Shown one piece after another: positions 32,369 to 32,420 of a stretch of 32,420 bases of DNA. The notes below the pieces were generated by a model. The model searched no databases, was not told the DNA's origin, and saw only the letters and a list, made by a program, of their open reading frames with translations. Each line of letters opens with the position of its first letter. Position 1 is the first letter of the stretch. Made by a program: the position numbers and the translations under genes. This stretch comes from a virus (taxonomy: Duplodnaviria > Heunggongvirae > Uroviricota > Caudoviricetes): IMG/VR virus record IMGVR_UViG_3300048573_000453, positions 1 to 32,420 of that record; one strand, 5' to 3'.

Positions 32369-32420
32369 TTCGATTCGCTTCCTTCTAAAGATTTCAAAAG
32401 ATCTTGGCGCTTACCGGTCC

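Noticed and set aside
1-32420. tRNA, rRNA, introns, inteins, homing endonucleases, transposases
   Set aside because: No cloverleaf or T-loop motif, HNH/GIY-YIG/LAGLIDADG motif, intein signature or DDE motif was recognised by eye; tRNAscan-SE and HMM searches would be needed to exclude them formally

Overview
This window looks like an accessory region of a large lytic tailed phage (jumbo or T4-like). It has densely packed, mostly minus-strand small genes, extended -10 promoters, and nucleotide/NAD metabolism genes: dam, nadV, nadM-Nudix, dCMP deaminase and an Rnl2-type RNA ligase. No tRNA, rRNA, integrase, reverse transcriptase or CRISPR array was seen. The dominant unexplained structure is a family of ten LRR-like genes: seven head-to-tail on + (7053-12553, one broken), two on - (14093-15819) and one remnant (~3174-3479). 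They are built from 86 copies of a 21-aa/63-nt unit, GGxFxCxxNxLTSLQGAPREV. Variation is concentrated on the predicted ligand-binding face, identical cassettes recur in different genes, and all start with an MKLKQLFES-type leader resembling a capsid-targeting/prohead-protease signal. The arrays lie between and around the two halves of a NAD-reconstitution pathway. Together with a PcfJ-domain protein and an ART-PolyVal protein, they sit downstream of TAAATA late-type motifs, which suggests a diversifying repertoire of virion-delivered binders or effectors (inference). Other features are a 2.4-kb insertion flanked by a perfect 27-bp direct repeat, probable leaderless early transcripts, several homopolymer frameshifts and a cluster of module-shuffled small genes at 28-31 kb. 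All protein family calls come from motif recognition only; no database search was run.
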